A stretch of 64,000 bases of DNA from an uncultured virus (IMG/VR IMGVR_UViG_3300042691_034458) (Duplodnaviria; Heunggongvirae; Uroviricota; Caudoviricetes): the IMG/VR virus record IMGVR_UViG_3300042691_034458, positions 1-64,000 of that record. One strand, written 5' to 3'. This document shows positions 37,763 to 47,778 of the stretch, one piece after another. Position 1 is the stretch's first letter. The number at the start of each line of letters is the position of its first letter. The notes below the pieces were generated by a model that worked only from the letters and a program-made list of their open reading frames with translations, made no database searches and was not told the origin of the DNA. Both the position numbers and the translations under genes were made by a program.

Positions 37763-38392
37763 TTAATTTATTTGTAAATTATCAATAAAAAGGTAATCAT
37801 GTACCACAAATTTATCTATTTTAGAATAGTTGTTTTTTTTCATAAAATCAAAAATTTCATCTTTATGTGTCGCCTCTATTAAAATATACTTAGGTCTGTA
37901 TTTTTTAATATTCATTCCCATTAATACTTCTAACTCATGACCCTCAACATCCAATGAAAAAAAATCAATTTTTTCTACTTTTTTTTCGTCTAAAATTGTT
38001 TCTAGTTTTTTTGTTGTTAAACTTAAAACATTTTTTTTTAAACTTTGACAGCGTTCGCCTTCTATTATCCAATCATTATCAGCGTCTTCTGATTTTCTAG
38101 AATTTTTTATAAAAGACATTAGATTAACATCATAAAAAATAATTTCTTCATTTTCTGTATTTGATAGACAACAATTATAACAATTTGAGTTTGGTCTATT
38201 TTTTTTCATTAATTCAAATTTATGTGGTAATGCTTCTATTAAGATACCGCTCCAATTTTTATAGAATTCTAAATGCGCTGTATTTGATTGAAACATTCCA
38301 TCATTTCCTCCAACTTCTATATAAAACCCAAATTCAAAATTTAGGTACCTATCAATAATTTGTTTATCTATTTTTTCAACACCATAATACAT
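37763..38392 (-). CDS. FkbM-family methyltransferase
   Basis: YIEVGGNDG..SNT, WSGILIE and IDFFSLDVEGHELEVL motifs. Confidence 0.9.
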   Translation of the reverse strand: MYYGVEKIDKQIIDRYLNFEFGFYIEVGGNDGMFQSNTAHLEFYKNWSGILIEALPHKFELMKKNRPNSNCYNCCLSNTENEEIIFYDVNLMSFIKNSRKSEDADNDWIIEGERCQSLKKNVLSLTTKKLETILDEKKVEKIDFFSLDVEGHELEVLMGMNIKKYRPKYILIEATHKDEIFDFMKKNNYSKIDKFVVHDYLFIDNLQIN

Positions 38393-38394
38393 AC

Positions 38395-39198
38395 TTATAA
38401 TTCTTTAGATTTATTTTTTATTAAATTTAACCAATAACTATATTTTAAACTTTCTCTGCTATTATTTTTTACTTTTTTTATTTCATTTTTTATAAAAACA
38501 AAATCTTTTAATTTTTCTTCATCGTTAATATAAACAACTGGTAAATTTTTATATATTTTTTCATATATTATTTTGTAATCATTAAATGGTCCTACAACTA
38601 TTGGTATGCCTCCGAGATAAAGAGTTTCATATGTACGAATACATTCAATTCCATTTCCTCTTGGGGAGATTACACCAAGATATGATTTTACATAATTACT
38701 AAATTCTTTAAAAGAAATTTCATCATAAGAATCTACATAATCAAGTTCATTACAAATATTTTTTATTTTTTGTCTTAAATCATAATTTGTATTTACCCTA
38801 AAATTAGAAATCAATTTTTCTTTTATTATTGGCTGCGGAATCAAATGTGGGTTTAGTAAATATTCTTTTTTTTCAAAAATACCTTCATTTATTATACCAT
38901 GACCTAATCTAATAGGTAATATATCTATTTCAATACCCAACGGTATTGGAGTGACTTTATCACTATTACAATTTGTGTTAGTTGCAAAAATGTGATAAAC
39001 ATTTTCAGGACATAAAGATAATCGTCTATCGTCAAAAGTTATGTCACCATTTGCTATTATTAGAACACACTTATTATTTTTATTTTTTAATCTTATAAAT
39101 TCTTTTTCTATAAAATCTATTTTACAAAAAACTATTTTTTCGTCATCATGTAAATCATTACAGAACCTAGTCATTTGAATTAACTCATGATTAATCAT
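38395..39198 (-). CDS. Exostosin/GT47-like glycosyltransferase
   Basis: ISPRGNGIECIRTYETLYLGGIPIV motif; start probably ATG 39198 or 39201 rather than TTG 39237. Confidence 0.7.
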   Translation of the reverse strand: MINHELIQMTRFCNDLHDDEKIVFCKIDFIEKEFIRLKNKNNKCVLIIANGDITFDDRRLSLCPENVYHIFATNTNCNSDKVTPIPLGIEIDILPIRLGHGIINEGIFEKKEYLLNPHLIPQPIIKEKLISNFRVNTNYDLRQKIKNICNELDYVDSYDEISFKEFSNYVKSYLGVISPRGNGIECIRTYETLYLGGIPIVVGPFNDYKIIYEKIYKNLPVVYINDEEKLKDFVFIKNEIKKVKNNSRESLKYSYWLNLIKNKSKEL

Positions 39199-39676
39199 CA
39201 TTATTAATTTTTTTTTTAATTTTAGCAGGGTTTCCAAAAACTAAACTATTATCTGGAACATCTTTTGTAACGACAGAACCAGCACCTATTAAACTATTTT
39301 CACCAATAACTATACCGCAAATTATAACACTATTAGCACCAATTGAACATCTTTTCTTAAATAAAGTTTTTCTAAACCTATCATTATTTTTCCAATCACC
39401 ATCAACTTTTGGTCTATAATCATTTGTTGTTACCGTATTTGGACCTAAAAATACGTTGTCCTCTAATGTAACACCCTCATAAATTAATGAATTATTTTGT
39501 ATTTTACAATTATTACCAATAATAACGTTTGGACCGATATAAACCCCTTCACCAATAGTACAATTTTTACCTATTTTTGCGTTTTTACAAACATGTGAAA
39601 ATGCCCATATTTTAGTATTTTCACCAATATCTTCTGTCTCAACTATTGATGTTTCATGTAAAAAATAATTTTTCAT
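39191..39676 (-). CDS. Hexapeptide-repeat sugar N-acetyltransferase (WbpD/FdtC-like)
   Basis: IGENTKIWAFSHV, IGKNCTIG, TND..P and GAGSVVTKDVP..GNPA motifs. Confidence 0.9.
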   Translation of the reverse strand: MKNYFLHETSIVETEDIGENTKIWAFSHVCKNAKIGKNCTIGEGVYIGPNVIIGNNCKIQNNSLIYEGVTLEDNVFLGPNTVTTNDYRPKVDGDWKNNDRFRKTLFKKRCSIGANSVIICGIVIGENSLIGAGSVVTKDVPDNSLVFGNPAKIKKKINNDD

Positions 39677-39678
39677 AA

Positions 39679-40467
39679 TTAGATAAATTTTGGAATATTA
39701 AAAAATAAATTATCTAAATAAGTTTTATGATGATTATAAGGTCTACATGCATGACATTCTATAAAGAAATTAGAATTTAATTTTGATATATCATAAGATA
39801 CTTCATTATGTCTATGACAATCAATTCGTCTATTTAAAAAAGTTGACGCTAAACTCAAGCTTGAAATTCTTGATTTATCTTCAAACGAGGAAAGTATTTT
39901 ACAACTATAAGCTTCATCCGTACCCCATTTATCTCCCCACATTGTTTTAAGATTTAAAGAATTTATTTTTTTTATTTCCAATTCAAATGATTCTTCAAAT
40001 TTATAAATATCACAAAAAGTCTGTCCTTTTGCAATATGATATGCTGAAGGACTAAATCCTCCTTCATCCCATTTTTTGGGATATTTGTTTTCAAATTTAT
40101 ATTGGTCGTCAATTAACATAATATAATTATTTTCGTCAATTAAGTTAATAGTTTCTTTAAAAAAATAAGTCCCTAATGGTATTTGATCAATACCCATTAT
40201 AATACAAGTTTCACTTGGATAAAATTTAGTAAAATAAAATAAAGCCCAAGTGTATTGCCATTCTGAGATATTAGATATTTTTTTCTCAATTAAAATTTCA
40301 CCGTATTCAGTAGATAAATTTGCATTTTTTAATTCATCTTCTTCACCAAAAAAGATTAAAGTTGGGGTTATGCCGAATTTTTCTTTATAAGTATATGATA
40401 AATTATTCCAAAAATCATAATATAAAGGGTTATTATTAGTTACTAATATTACTCTATCTATTTTCAT
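39679..40467 (-). CDS. Putative glycosyltransferase (GT-A-like)
   Basis: GIDQIP DxD-like motif and WGTDE; lies inside the glycan cluster. Confidence 0.5.
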   Translation of the reverse strand: MKIDRVILVTNNNPLYYDFWNNLSYTYKEKFGITPTLIFFGEEDELKNANLSTEYGEILIEKKISNISEWQYTWALFYFTKFYPSETCIIMGIDQIPLGTYFFKETINLIDENNYIMLIDDQYKFENKYPKKWDEGGFSPSAYHIAKGQTFCDIYKFEESFELEIKKINSLNLKTMWGDKWGTDEAYSCKILSSFEDKSRISSLSLASTFLNRRIDCHRHNEVSYDISKLNSNFFIECHACRPYNHHKTYLDNLFFNIPKFI

Positions 40468-40473
40468 TTGTTA

Positions 40474-41283
40474 TTAATTAATTTGTACATTATGACTTGC
40501 GTGATAATAAGAAATTGTTTTACATTCACTGTAATGTTTTTCGTTAATTAGCGTTGATAAAATCATACCCCAAATAGGTAAATCGCCCCATCTATTACTA
40601 TATATTCCGTGAGATAAATCAATTTTTTTTAAAATTTTATTCAAAATTTTATTATTTCTTAAAAAGTCAACATTAACAATCATAAAATTAGTATAAGGAC
40701 ATTTGATATTATTAAATGTTTTATGTGGCTGAATATTTGTTTCAATTAAAAATTCGTTTAATAATCTTTCAAGACCCACAATAACTCTACTATCATCTTG
40801 ATCTTGAAATTTTGGGCTTACAAAATAAATTTCTTTTTCATTCATCTCATTTAAAATATTATTATCAAATTTGGTAATAAAACAATCTTCATCAATTCTT
40901 ATAATAAATTTATAATCCTTAAGGTATTCTAAAAAATCTATTGACCAAAAATGACACATATGTTTATAACCTAACGGAAAATGTGAGGATAAAAAATTAG
41001 GAGGACATAAATCATTATTAATTATATTTTTATTATTATCGAACGCTTTTTTATTTCCACATTCTTTAACATTTTTAAAAATTAAACTTTGTTTTGAATT
41101 ATTGGAAATATATAATTGATGATCTTCCGGAATATTTCCTTCATGAAATATTACCATATCAAAATCAAAATTAGATTTACTAATTATATTTTCATAAATT
41201 AATGTATTACGTTTAATTAACGAATTATATTGTGATACATTTTCATAGCCTCTAGTTAAGACTGTTATCGCTATTTTGTTCAT
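40474..41283 (-). CDS. KRE2/Mnt1-like alpha-mannosyltransferase (GT15-like)
   Basis: GYKHMCHFWS, RIDED, YTNF and NRWGDLPI motifs match KRE2-family hallmarks. Confidence 0.8.
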   Translation of the reverse strand: MNKIAITVLTRGYENVSQYNSLIKRNTLIYENIISKSNFDFDMVIFHEGNIPEDHQLYISNNSKQSLIFKNVKECGNKKAFDNNKNIINNDLCPPNFLSSHFPLGYKHMCHFWSIDFLEYLKDYKFIIRIDEDCFITKFDNNILNEMNEKEIYFVSPKFQDQDDSRVIVGLERLLNEFLIETNIQPHKTFNNIKCPYTNFMIVNVDFLRNNKILNKILKKIDLSHGIYSNRWGDLPIWGMILSTLINEKHYSECKTISYYHASHNVQIN

Positions 41284-41291
41284 ATCTTTAT

Positions 41292-42017
41292 TTAATTTTT
41301 ATACATAAAGTTTAATATATGTAAATCCTCGACATCACAAAAATCATATTGAGTCCTAATCCAATCACTTTCTTTTTTAGGGATACCGGTATCAGCTTGA
41401 CTTCTAACACACCTATCTTTCCAATCATCAAATGTTTTATGGTGATAATGATTTAATTGTGCAATATCGTCAGTCCCATTTTCATTAAATGGTCCAGTAA
41501 AATAATTTTTAGCTGTATTCATAATTTTTACATTCGGATAATGAGGACTAACCATAATACTATCTGATTGTAAATTTAGTATTGTTTTAATATGTTTATC
41601 AACATCTTTTTGTCTTATAGTAAATTGTTTAATTAATGAATTACTATTTTCACTTCTTGTCAACCTACCACAAGCGCCGAAAAAAACCCAATTAATTCCA
41701 ATACCATAAGGATTATTAAACTCGTTTATAAAATCTTTAATATTTTGATGTTTTTTTAAAACTAAAAATTCATCAACATCAAAGAAAGCTACCCAATCAT
41801 ATTTAGTTTTATATTTTTTAATAAAATCATTATACGCGGATATCTGTCTAGCAATACCATCATATTTTATTTTTTTAATAAAATCGTGTTCTAAATTACA
41901 AATCCAATCATTTTCATAAATGATTATATCATCAAAACCTAATTTTTTATGATACAATACCCATTCTTTTATATAGAAATCTTCCATTTTAGCTATACAA
42001 ACTAATGCAACTCTCAT
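41292..42017 (-). CDS. Glycosyltransferase, GT92/GT2-like
   Basis: YIKEWVLYH..LGFD.I.IYEN, WVAFFDVDEF and LNHY motifs. Confidence 0.85.
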   Translation of the reverse strand: MRVALVCIAKMEDFYIKEWVLYHKKLGFDDIIIYENDWICNLEHDFIKKIKYDGIARQISAYNDFIKKYKTKYDWVAFFDVDEFLVLKKHQNIKDFINEFNNPYGIGINWVFFGACGRLTRSENSNSLIKQFTIRQKDVDKHIKTILNLQSDSIMVSPHYPNVKIMNTAKNYFTGPFNENGTDDIAQLNHYHHKTFDDWKDRCVRSQADTGIPKKESDWIRTQYDFCDVEDLHILNFMYKN

Positions 42018-42018
42018 A

Positions 42019-42759
42019 TTATAACAATTTATTATAATTATTTATAAACTTTTGTTCACCAATTCCTTGTGTTTGATGACTATCAAATTGAAAATGTGTA
42101 ATTGTATTATTTAGTATTTTATATGGTATTTGATTTAACAAATAAAAAACACTAATACTTCTTTCAATCTCATGTCCGGAAAAAATTGATTTTTTAATAT
42201 CGTTAACTAAAATATCAACCCATTCCATGTATTCATTAAACCTATCAAGTTTAAACGTATGATTAGATGTCATACTGCAAATAGTATTTTTAGGTAAAGA
42301 CTCAATAAAATCAATTATATTAATATTATAGTTTTTAATCAAAGAAGTAATTAAATTTTGACTCCAAGGTGTATGACGTAAATATTCATATGAATGAACG
42401 TTATGTGGTATATAGCCAAAAATATCAAATTTTTTAGTTTCTATAACTTCATTTAAAATCTCCTCTAAATTAGATATTGTATTTATATCATATTCAAATA
42501 AGTTTATATACTTACCTTTAAGTAAATTATTTTTCCATAAAGCATACCAACCGGTATATGATGTTAATTTAGGATATTCTTCAATATTATTTTCTAAATT
42601 TCTTGCTATAATCACATTATCTAAATTTTCTAATTTAGATATATCGTTTTTACCTAAAAAAACATACGTTAAATTACTAAAATTATTAAATTTTTTATGT
42701 CTAATAAAATCTAAAATAATATCTTGATTATGAACAAATATAAATGTTTGAAACGTCAT
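42019..42759 (-). CDS. Putative glycosyltransferase-like protein
   Basis: FEYD and GHEIER motifs; lies inside the glycan cluster. Confidence 0.45.
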   Translation of the reverse strand: MTFQTFIFVHNQDIILDFIRHKKFNNFSNLTYVFLGKNDISKLENLDNVIIARNLENNIEEYPKLTSYTGWYALWKNNLLKGKYINLFEYDINTISNLEEILNEVIETKKFDIFGYIPHNVHSYEYLRHTPWSQNLITSLIKNYNINIIDFIESLPKNTICSMTSNHTFKLDRFNEYMEWVDILVNDIKKSIFSGHEIERSISVFYLLNQIPYKILNNTITHFQFDSHQTQGIGEQKFINNYNKLL

Positions 42760-42767
42760 GAATAAAC

Positions 42768-44267
42768 TTAATTAGTTATGAAAAACTTATTTAATTTTCT
42801 CATATTATCAATAACAAATGGTGCTAAATTTTTGTTATAGTCGTTATTCATTAAATAAGAATCCTCATCATTTTCTTTTCTAGTCTGAGACTCATAATGA
42901 TAAGAAACTAAATTACCATCCAAATAATTTTCAAAACCTAAAGTAAGGTAATTAAGATTTAATTCGACATCTTCAAAACATGATTGATATGTTTCATTAA
43001 ACATACCACATTTTTCAAATAAAGTCTTTTTAGTCATCATTAATCCGCCCGTATTACCAATTACTTTTTTAAGTGACGTTGAATGATTATAGTATGATTT
43101 AAATCCAACGTGTCCAAGAACAAATTTTTTATTCTTATCGAATCCTGCAAAGATTCCATCATGCTGAACCGTATTATCTCCGAAATGTAATCTACATCCA
43201 ACAGTTCCAGCTTTATTATTTTCTTTAAAAACTTTTAACATACCATAAATAACATTATTTAATAACTTAATATCGTTATTGCAAAATAATAAAAATTCAT
43301 AATCATTTGTAACATGATTTTTTACAACATCGTTATTAATTTTAGCAAAATTATAATAATCATATTCAATTAATTTAATATCACCGAGTGGTAAGATATT
43401 ATCTTTAATCCATTCTTTTTCATCCGCCGATGAACCAGTATCTGCAATAAAAATATCAAATAAGTTTGGATTGCAATGGTCATAAAAAGATTTAACACAA
43501 TCAAATAACATTTGAACCTTACCTTTAGTTGGGATTATTACCGCAACTTTACTGAAACCTTTTATTGACTTTTCTTTTATCTCAGGAACGAATATTTTTT
43601 CTGGTTTTAAATCTAATGGTAATTTACTTCCCCATTTTTCCAAGAATTTATTTTTGCTCTCCCAAAACTCTTGGTTTGGTTGTCCAATTGATTGATGTGT
43701 GATTTCAAAAGAAGATGTAACACCAATTTTAACTCCATCTAAATAATTAGGTACGCAAAATAAATGATCATAAAAATGGAATTTACCTATTGTTTCATCG
43801 AATCTATGTTTGATTTTATTTTTATCAAATGCAATAAACAATCCATCAATTGTTACAACGGGAATTAAAAATGGAAATTTTGGTGAATATTTACTTAACC
43901 ATTTCTTTTGACCCTCAGGGTGATGATAAACTTGACCAACCATTGTTTGTTGCATTCTTTCCCAATAAACACCTGATTCCGGAAAATAACAAGAACCAGC
44001 TTTACCAATTATACCAAAATCAGGATTTTCATTAAAATCTTTTGATAACTTTACTCCCCAGTTGGTTTCTAATTTTATATCATCATGAATCAAAACAACA
44101 ATATCATTGTTTGATTCTGAAATAATTTCATTATAAACAGTTGATAATGATTTAATTCCGGGATTAACTTTCTCAATAACTTGAACGTTTTTTAAACCAC
44201 AAGTATCGATGATGTATTTAGTAAAGTTTGGTTTACTAGATTTTGTACTATATCCGATTGTAATCAT
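42768..44267 (-). CDS. Two-domain GT2 glycosyltransferase
   Basis: VLIHDD...IDGLF..FDE..FHFYD (domain 1); VAVIIPT..DTGS..LFCNND..FEDVEL..HYES (domain 2). Confidence 0.85.
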   Translation of the reverse strand: MITIGYSTKSSKPNFTKYIIDTCGLKNVQVIEKVNPGIKSLSTVYNEIISESNNDIVVLIHDDIKLETNWGVKLSKDFNENPDFGIIGKAGSCYFPESGVYWERMQQTMVGQVYHHPEGQKKWLSKYSPKFPFLIPVVTIDGLFIAFDKNKIKHRFDETIGKFHFYDHLFCVPNYLDGVKIGVTSSFEITHQSIGQPNQEFWESKNKFLEKWGSKLPLDLKPEKIFVPEIKEKSIKGFSKVAVIIPTKGKVQMLFDCVKSFYDHCNPNLFDIFIADTGSSADEKEWIKDNILPLGDIKLIEYDYYNFAKINNDVVKNHVTNDYEFLLFCNNDIKLLNNVIYGMLKVFKENNKAGTVGCRLHFGDNTVQHDGIFAGFDKNKKFVLGHVGFKSYYNHSTSLKKVIGNTGGLMMTKKTLFEKCGMFNETYQSCFEDVELNLNYLTLGFENYLDGNLVSYHYESQTRKENDEDSYLMNNDYNKNLAPFVIDNMRKLNKFFITN

Positions 44268-44355
44268 TAAAATTTATTAAAAATATAAAAAATTTTCTTA
44301 AGAAAATCAATCTTTTTTTTTTGGATATATTTATAATGTATAAAACATTATAAAA

Positions 44356-44640
44356 ATGAGAACAAAAAATAAAAAACCAACAAGAATAACTGAAAAACAG
44401 TTAGTAGCAATACTTAAAAAAGTAATTAATGAGCAAGATTCTTCAGAATATGATGATAATGAAGATGAAAAAGAAGAACATATTAAATTTATTGAAGATG
44501 CGGTATATGATTCGGCAATGAGTATTATAGGAAATTTAATAGCGGTTATTGATGACAACTATGAAGAAGGTATTGTTTTTGCTTTAGAGGAATTGGATTC
44601 TATTAAAAAAATTATAATGGATGTAAAAACAAGTTATTAA
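44356..44640 (+). CDS. Leader-bearing acidic small protein
   Basis: RITEKQLVAILKKVINE|Q; ATATTTAT at 44327-44334. Confidence 0.75.
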   Translation: MRTKNKKPTRITEKQLVAILKKVINEQDSSEYDDNEDEKEEHIKFIEDAVYDSAMSIIGNLIAVIDDNYEEGIVFALEELDSIKKIIMDVKTSY

Positions 44641-44641
44641 T

Positions 44642-45055
44642 ATGAAAAATTTATTAAAAATTACAGAAGACGAAAAAAAGCATATTTTAACTATGCACAA
44701 AACCAAAATTAATGAAAGTGATTTTGGTAGAATTGCTGGCGCTATTGCGGCAACAGGAGCAATAATGACACTAATATTGGCGCAAAGAGCGGTCGATATT
44801 TATGATTCAGAAGGAAATTCTGTTGAGGCTAATGTTGGTGATACATATACTGGTATTGTAACTGAAATGGTAGCAAAACCAAAAATGGGATTTGTTGTTA
44901 AAATGGAAACAGATGATGGTCATACTTTAGATTTCATGACATATTACAATAATTTTGTAACAGGTGATAAAATTAAGGTTGTTATTGGACGAGAATTTAA
45001 TTCAGGTGGAATGATGGTGTTTCCTGATGTAACACACACAGAAAAAGTTAAATAA
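44642..45055 (+). CDS. Leader-bearing protein with one hydrophobic helix
   Basis: KITEDEKKHILTMH...INE|S followed by IAGAIAATGAIMTLILA. Confidence 0.75.
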   Translation: MKNLLKITEDEKKHILTMHKTKINESDFGRIAGAIAATGAIMTLILAQRAVDIYDSEGNSVEANVGDTYTGIVTEMVAKPKMGFVVKMETDDGHTLDFMTYYNNFVTGDKIKVVIGREFNSGGMMVFPDVTHTEKVK

Positions 45056-45076
45056 TAAGTTTTATATTTTTAATAA

Positions 45077-45114
45077 AAATTCCCCCACTAGTTTTTAGCT
45101 AATTGGGGGAATTT
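45077..45114. terminator. Hairpin terminator between convergent genes
   Basis: AAATTCCCCCA...TGGGGGAATTT inverted repeat. Confidence 0.75.
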
Positions 45115-45127
45115 ACTATTAAAAAAT

Positions 45128-45709
45128 TTAAATTCCAGTCGATCCAAACCCGTTTGAACCTCTTGTTTTTTCGTTTATTACGTCAACCTCAGAAACTGAA
45201 ACATAACCACCACAGATTGCAGGTGATAAAACACCTTGTCCAACCTTCATTCCCTTTTTAATAACAATATCATGACCATTGGTGTTAAACAATATAACTT
45301 TTACCTCTGAAGTGTATCCATTATCTATTGTCGCAGGAGAATTTAATACCATTAATCCCTGATTAATCGCTAGACCGCTTTTACTTCTAATTTGTAACTC
45401 ATGTCCAGCGGGTAAATCAAAAGCTAATCCAGTCGGAATTAAAGCCCTTCCAAACGGTCCAATTGTTACCTCTTCAGTCGAATGAAAATCAAATCCCGAA
45501 TCACCATCATAATTATATTTTGGTAAAACAGCATCGGGATGAAGTTTCTTAACGTTTAATTCAATTTTTGGTTGCGCCATGCTAAATAATGTTGTAAATT
45601 CATCAAGTTCAGAATCAATTTCATCACCAATAGTTTCTTGCCAATTAGGTGATTGCATTTTCTGTTTAAGTTGTTCTAATTTTTCTCTAAGTTCATCAAG
45701 ACTATCCAT
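45128..45709 (-). CDS. dut: dUTPase (trimeric) with N-terminal extension
   Basis: SGFD, RSKSGLA, TIDNGY, GQGV and RGSNGFGSTG motifs. Confidence 0.95.
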   Translation of the reverse strand: MDSLDELREKLEQLKQKMQSPNWQETIGDEIDSELDEFTTLFSMAQPKIELNVKKLHPDAVLPKYNYDGDSGFDFHSTEEVTIGPFGRALIPTGLAFDLPAGHELQIRSKSGLAINQGLMVLNSPATIDNGYTSEVKVILFNTNGHDIVIKKGMKVGQGVLSPAICGGYVSVSEVDVINEKTRGSNGFGSTGI

Positions 45710-45710
45710 G

Positions 45711-46409
45711 TTAATTTAATTTTTCAAGTTTAGATACGACCATCATTAATACCTCGACATCTTTCTCACAATATTCAGCAATTTCTTTAGTCCCCTTGCT
45801 CCAATAATGTTCATGTACTTTACTTCCATTTACTTCACCAGTTTTAGATGAGTCAACACCAAGAGAAGCACACATTAATTCGAGAGTTGCGATTGAGAAA
45901 TTATTACCATATTGCCAAAAATCTTTTGTATCAATTGCTTTAACCTCCCAAGGTTTTGTATCAAATGCGGGAAGAATAGCTGGTGGTTTTATTCCATTAA
46001 TAATCATTCGTTTACATAGCATTGGGATATCGAATAATTTAATATTATGACCACACAAACTAAAATCCATTTTTGCAACTTTATTAAGCAAAGCCTTAAC
46101 TTCACTTAATAATGTTTTTTCATCCTCATTTGAAAACGTTTGAATTTTAATTTCTCCATCAGGAGTTATAAAACCAAAGCTAGCAACAATTATTTTACCA
46201 AATTCAGGTAATAAAGCCGATTTACTTAAATAAAGTTCGTCAATTGTTAAATCTTTATCTTCAGGATATCGTTTTCTAAACCAGTCTTGGTATTTCTCAA
46301 ACTGAATCGCTAAACTTGGATGATTTTCCTTTAAGGTTGTGAAGTCTTTTTCAAGCCCAACCGTTTCCAAATCAAAAAAAAGGATTTTACTAATAGGTTT
46401 ATTAAACAT
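45711..46409 (-). CDS. PolB-related 3'-5' exonuclease
   Basis: FFDLETV, GHNIKLFDIP and YCEKDV DEDDy motifs. Confidence 0.9.
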   Translation of the reverse strand: MFNKPISKILFFDLETVGLEKDFTTLKENHPSLAIQFEKYQDWFRKRYPEDKDLTIDELYLSKSALLPEFGKIIVASFGFITPDGEIKIQTFSNEDEKTLLSEVKALLNKVAKMDFSLCGHNIKLFDIPMLCKRMIINGIKPPAILPAFDTKPWEVKAIDTKDFWQYGNNFSIATLELMCASLGVDSSKTGEVNGSKVHEHYWSKGTKEIAEYCEKDVEVLMMVVSKLEKLN

Positions 46410-46413
46410 TTTT

Positions 46414-47663
46414 TTAAATTATTGATTTATAAAATTCCGCTCTGTTTTTAGTAACAATTGATAATTCATATTTATCTTTGACTGTTTCATAAAGTCTTTC
46501 ACCAAGGTCTTTAGCCCAATTTGGATTTTGAATAAGTTTCTTCATGTACTTTGCCCAATCACCATGATTTCTATTTTCATTTACCAAAAGTGCATTACCA
46601 TCAACAAATTTACCATTTTCCAATGCATGGGTCAAGTCAATGGTATATGGACCAACATCTGAAGCTATAATTGCTTTCTTATAGAAACCCGCTTCAATAA
46701 CTTTAAGCTGCGATTTCATTCGATTAAACATATGATTCATAATTGGTGCTAAGGATACATCAAATTTTGTATAATTCTTTGCATATGATGTTATTGGTCG
46801 GGTCCAAACTCTTTCATATGGTTCATTCTTAAATTTAGTTGTATCAAATTCAACAAATTTATCCAATTCTTTTTTATATTCCGGTGAAACCAAATTGTAT
46901 TTATTTGTAAAAATTTCTTCATATTTAACCCACACCGTTTCATGTGGTTTAATTGGTCTTTTCTTTTGTTCACCAGTTTGCTGATTAATTTCAGTTATTT
47001 CACCTCTAGTATCAAAACCACAAAGGAAAACTTTCATTTTATCTTTTTCTGATGAAAGTGCGTTAAATGTACCATCCAACAATTTTAAATCATGTAAGTG
47101 AGATGAACCACCTAACCAACCAAAACGAAGTCTCTCATCTTCTTCTGTAACACCTTTAAATTGTTCTGTTTTTGTATCAATTGCATTTGGAAATACAACA
47201 ACATCATTATGGAATTTTCTTATTTGGTCAGCAAAAATTTCTGTTGTTGTTGTAATATATTTTGCATATCTAAGACTTTCAATAATCTTCTCATTAATTT
47301 TATGTTGTACAATTACCGAATGCAAAGGATGTTCTTTTGTGGGTAACCAATAATCATCGATATCTGCAATCGTGATAATACCCATATTGTTAAGCATTTT
47401 AACAATTTCTGGAGACCTATCATAATCTCTACCAATACTTCGATGGTAGTGAACAATTTGATATTGCTTCCAATAATTTAAATTATCAACTTGTGGGTCG
47501 TAATCGATATCCACATGAAAATCATCCGGATACATGTTTTGTAACATTATGTGGGGGTCTACTGATCTGTAGGAACCTAACCAACCCCCGAACGGTCAGA
47601 TGGGAGTACTAAGACTCGAATCTTTTCACGACCGTTAAGGGGCGAAATTTGTGTGTTTGTCAT
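46414..47663 (-). CDS. GT-B glycosyltransferase split across two frames (28-codon N-terminus 47663-47580, TAG at 47579-47577, body continuing in the -1 frame from 47577)
   Basis: Upstream ORF MTNTQ...KIRVLVLPSDRSGVG* supplies the missing first beta-strand and Gly loop. The downstream frame reads GSYRSVDPHIMLQNMYP...DIDDYW...GWLGGSSH...FNRMKSQLKVIEAG. Confidence 0.75.
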
Positions 47664-47778
47664 CTTTATCTATAAGATATAGTAATAATTTATTGTTTTT
47701 ATAAATTATAATCAAAATTTTTGATTAGTTCAAGTTTTTTATAATTTATTTTTTTAAACCAATAGAATATTTATAATT

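Noticed and set aside
39208..39217. A10 tract that could fuse the acetyltransferase to the GT47-like gene by slippage
   Set aside because: The downstream gene has its own coupled ATG, and long A runs are common in this AT-rich cassette.
47565..47579. Genome-wide TAG reassignment explaining the GT interruption
   Set aside because: Readthrough in frame hits another TAG and then TAA within a few codons, and the other genes are intact under the standard code.
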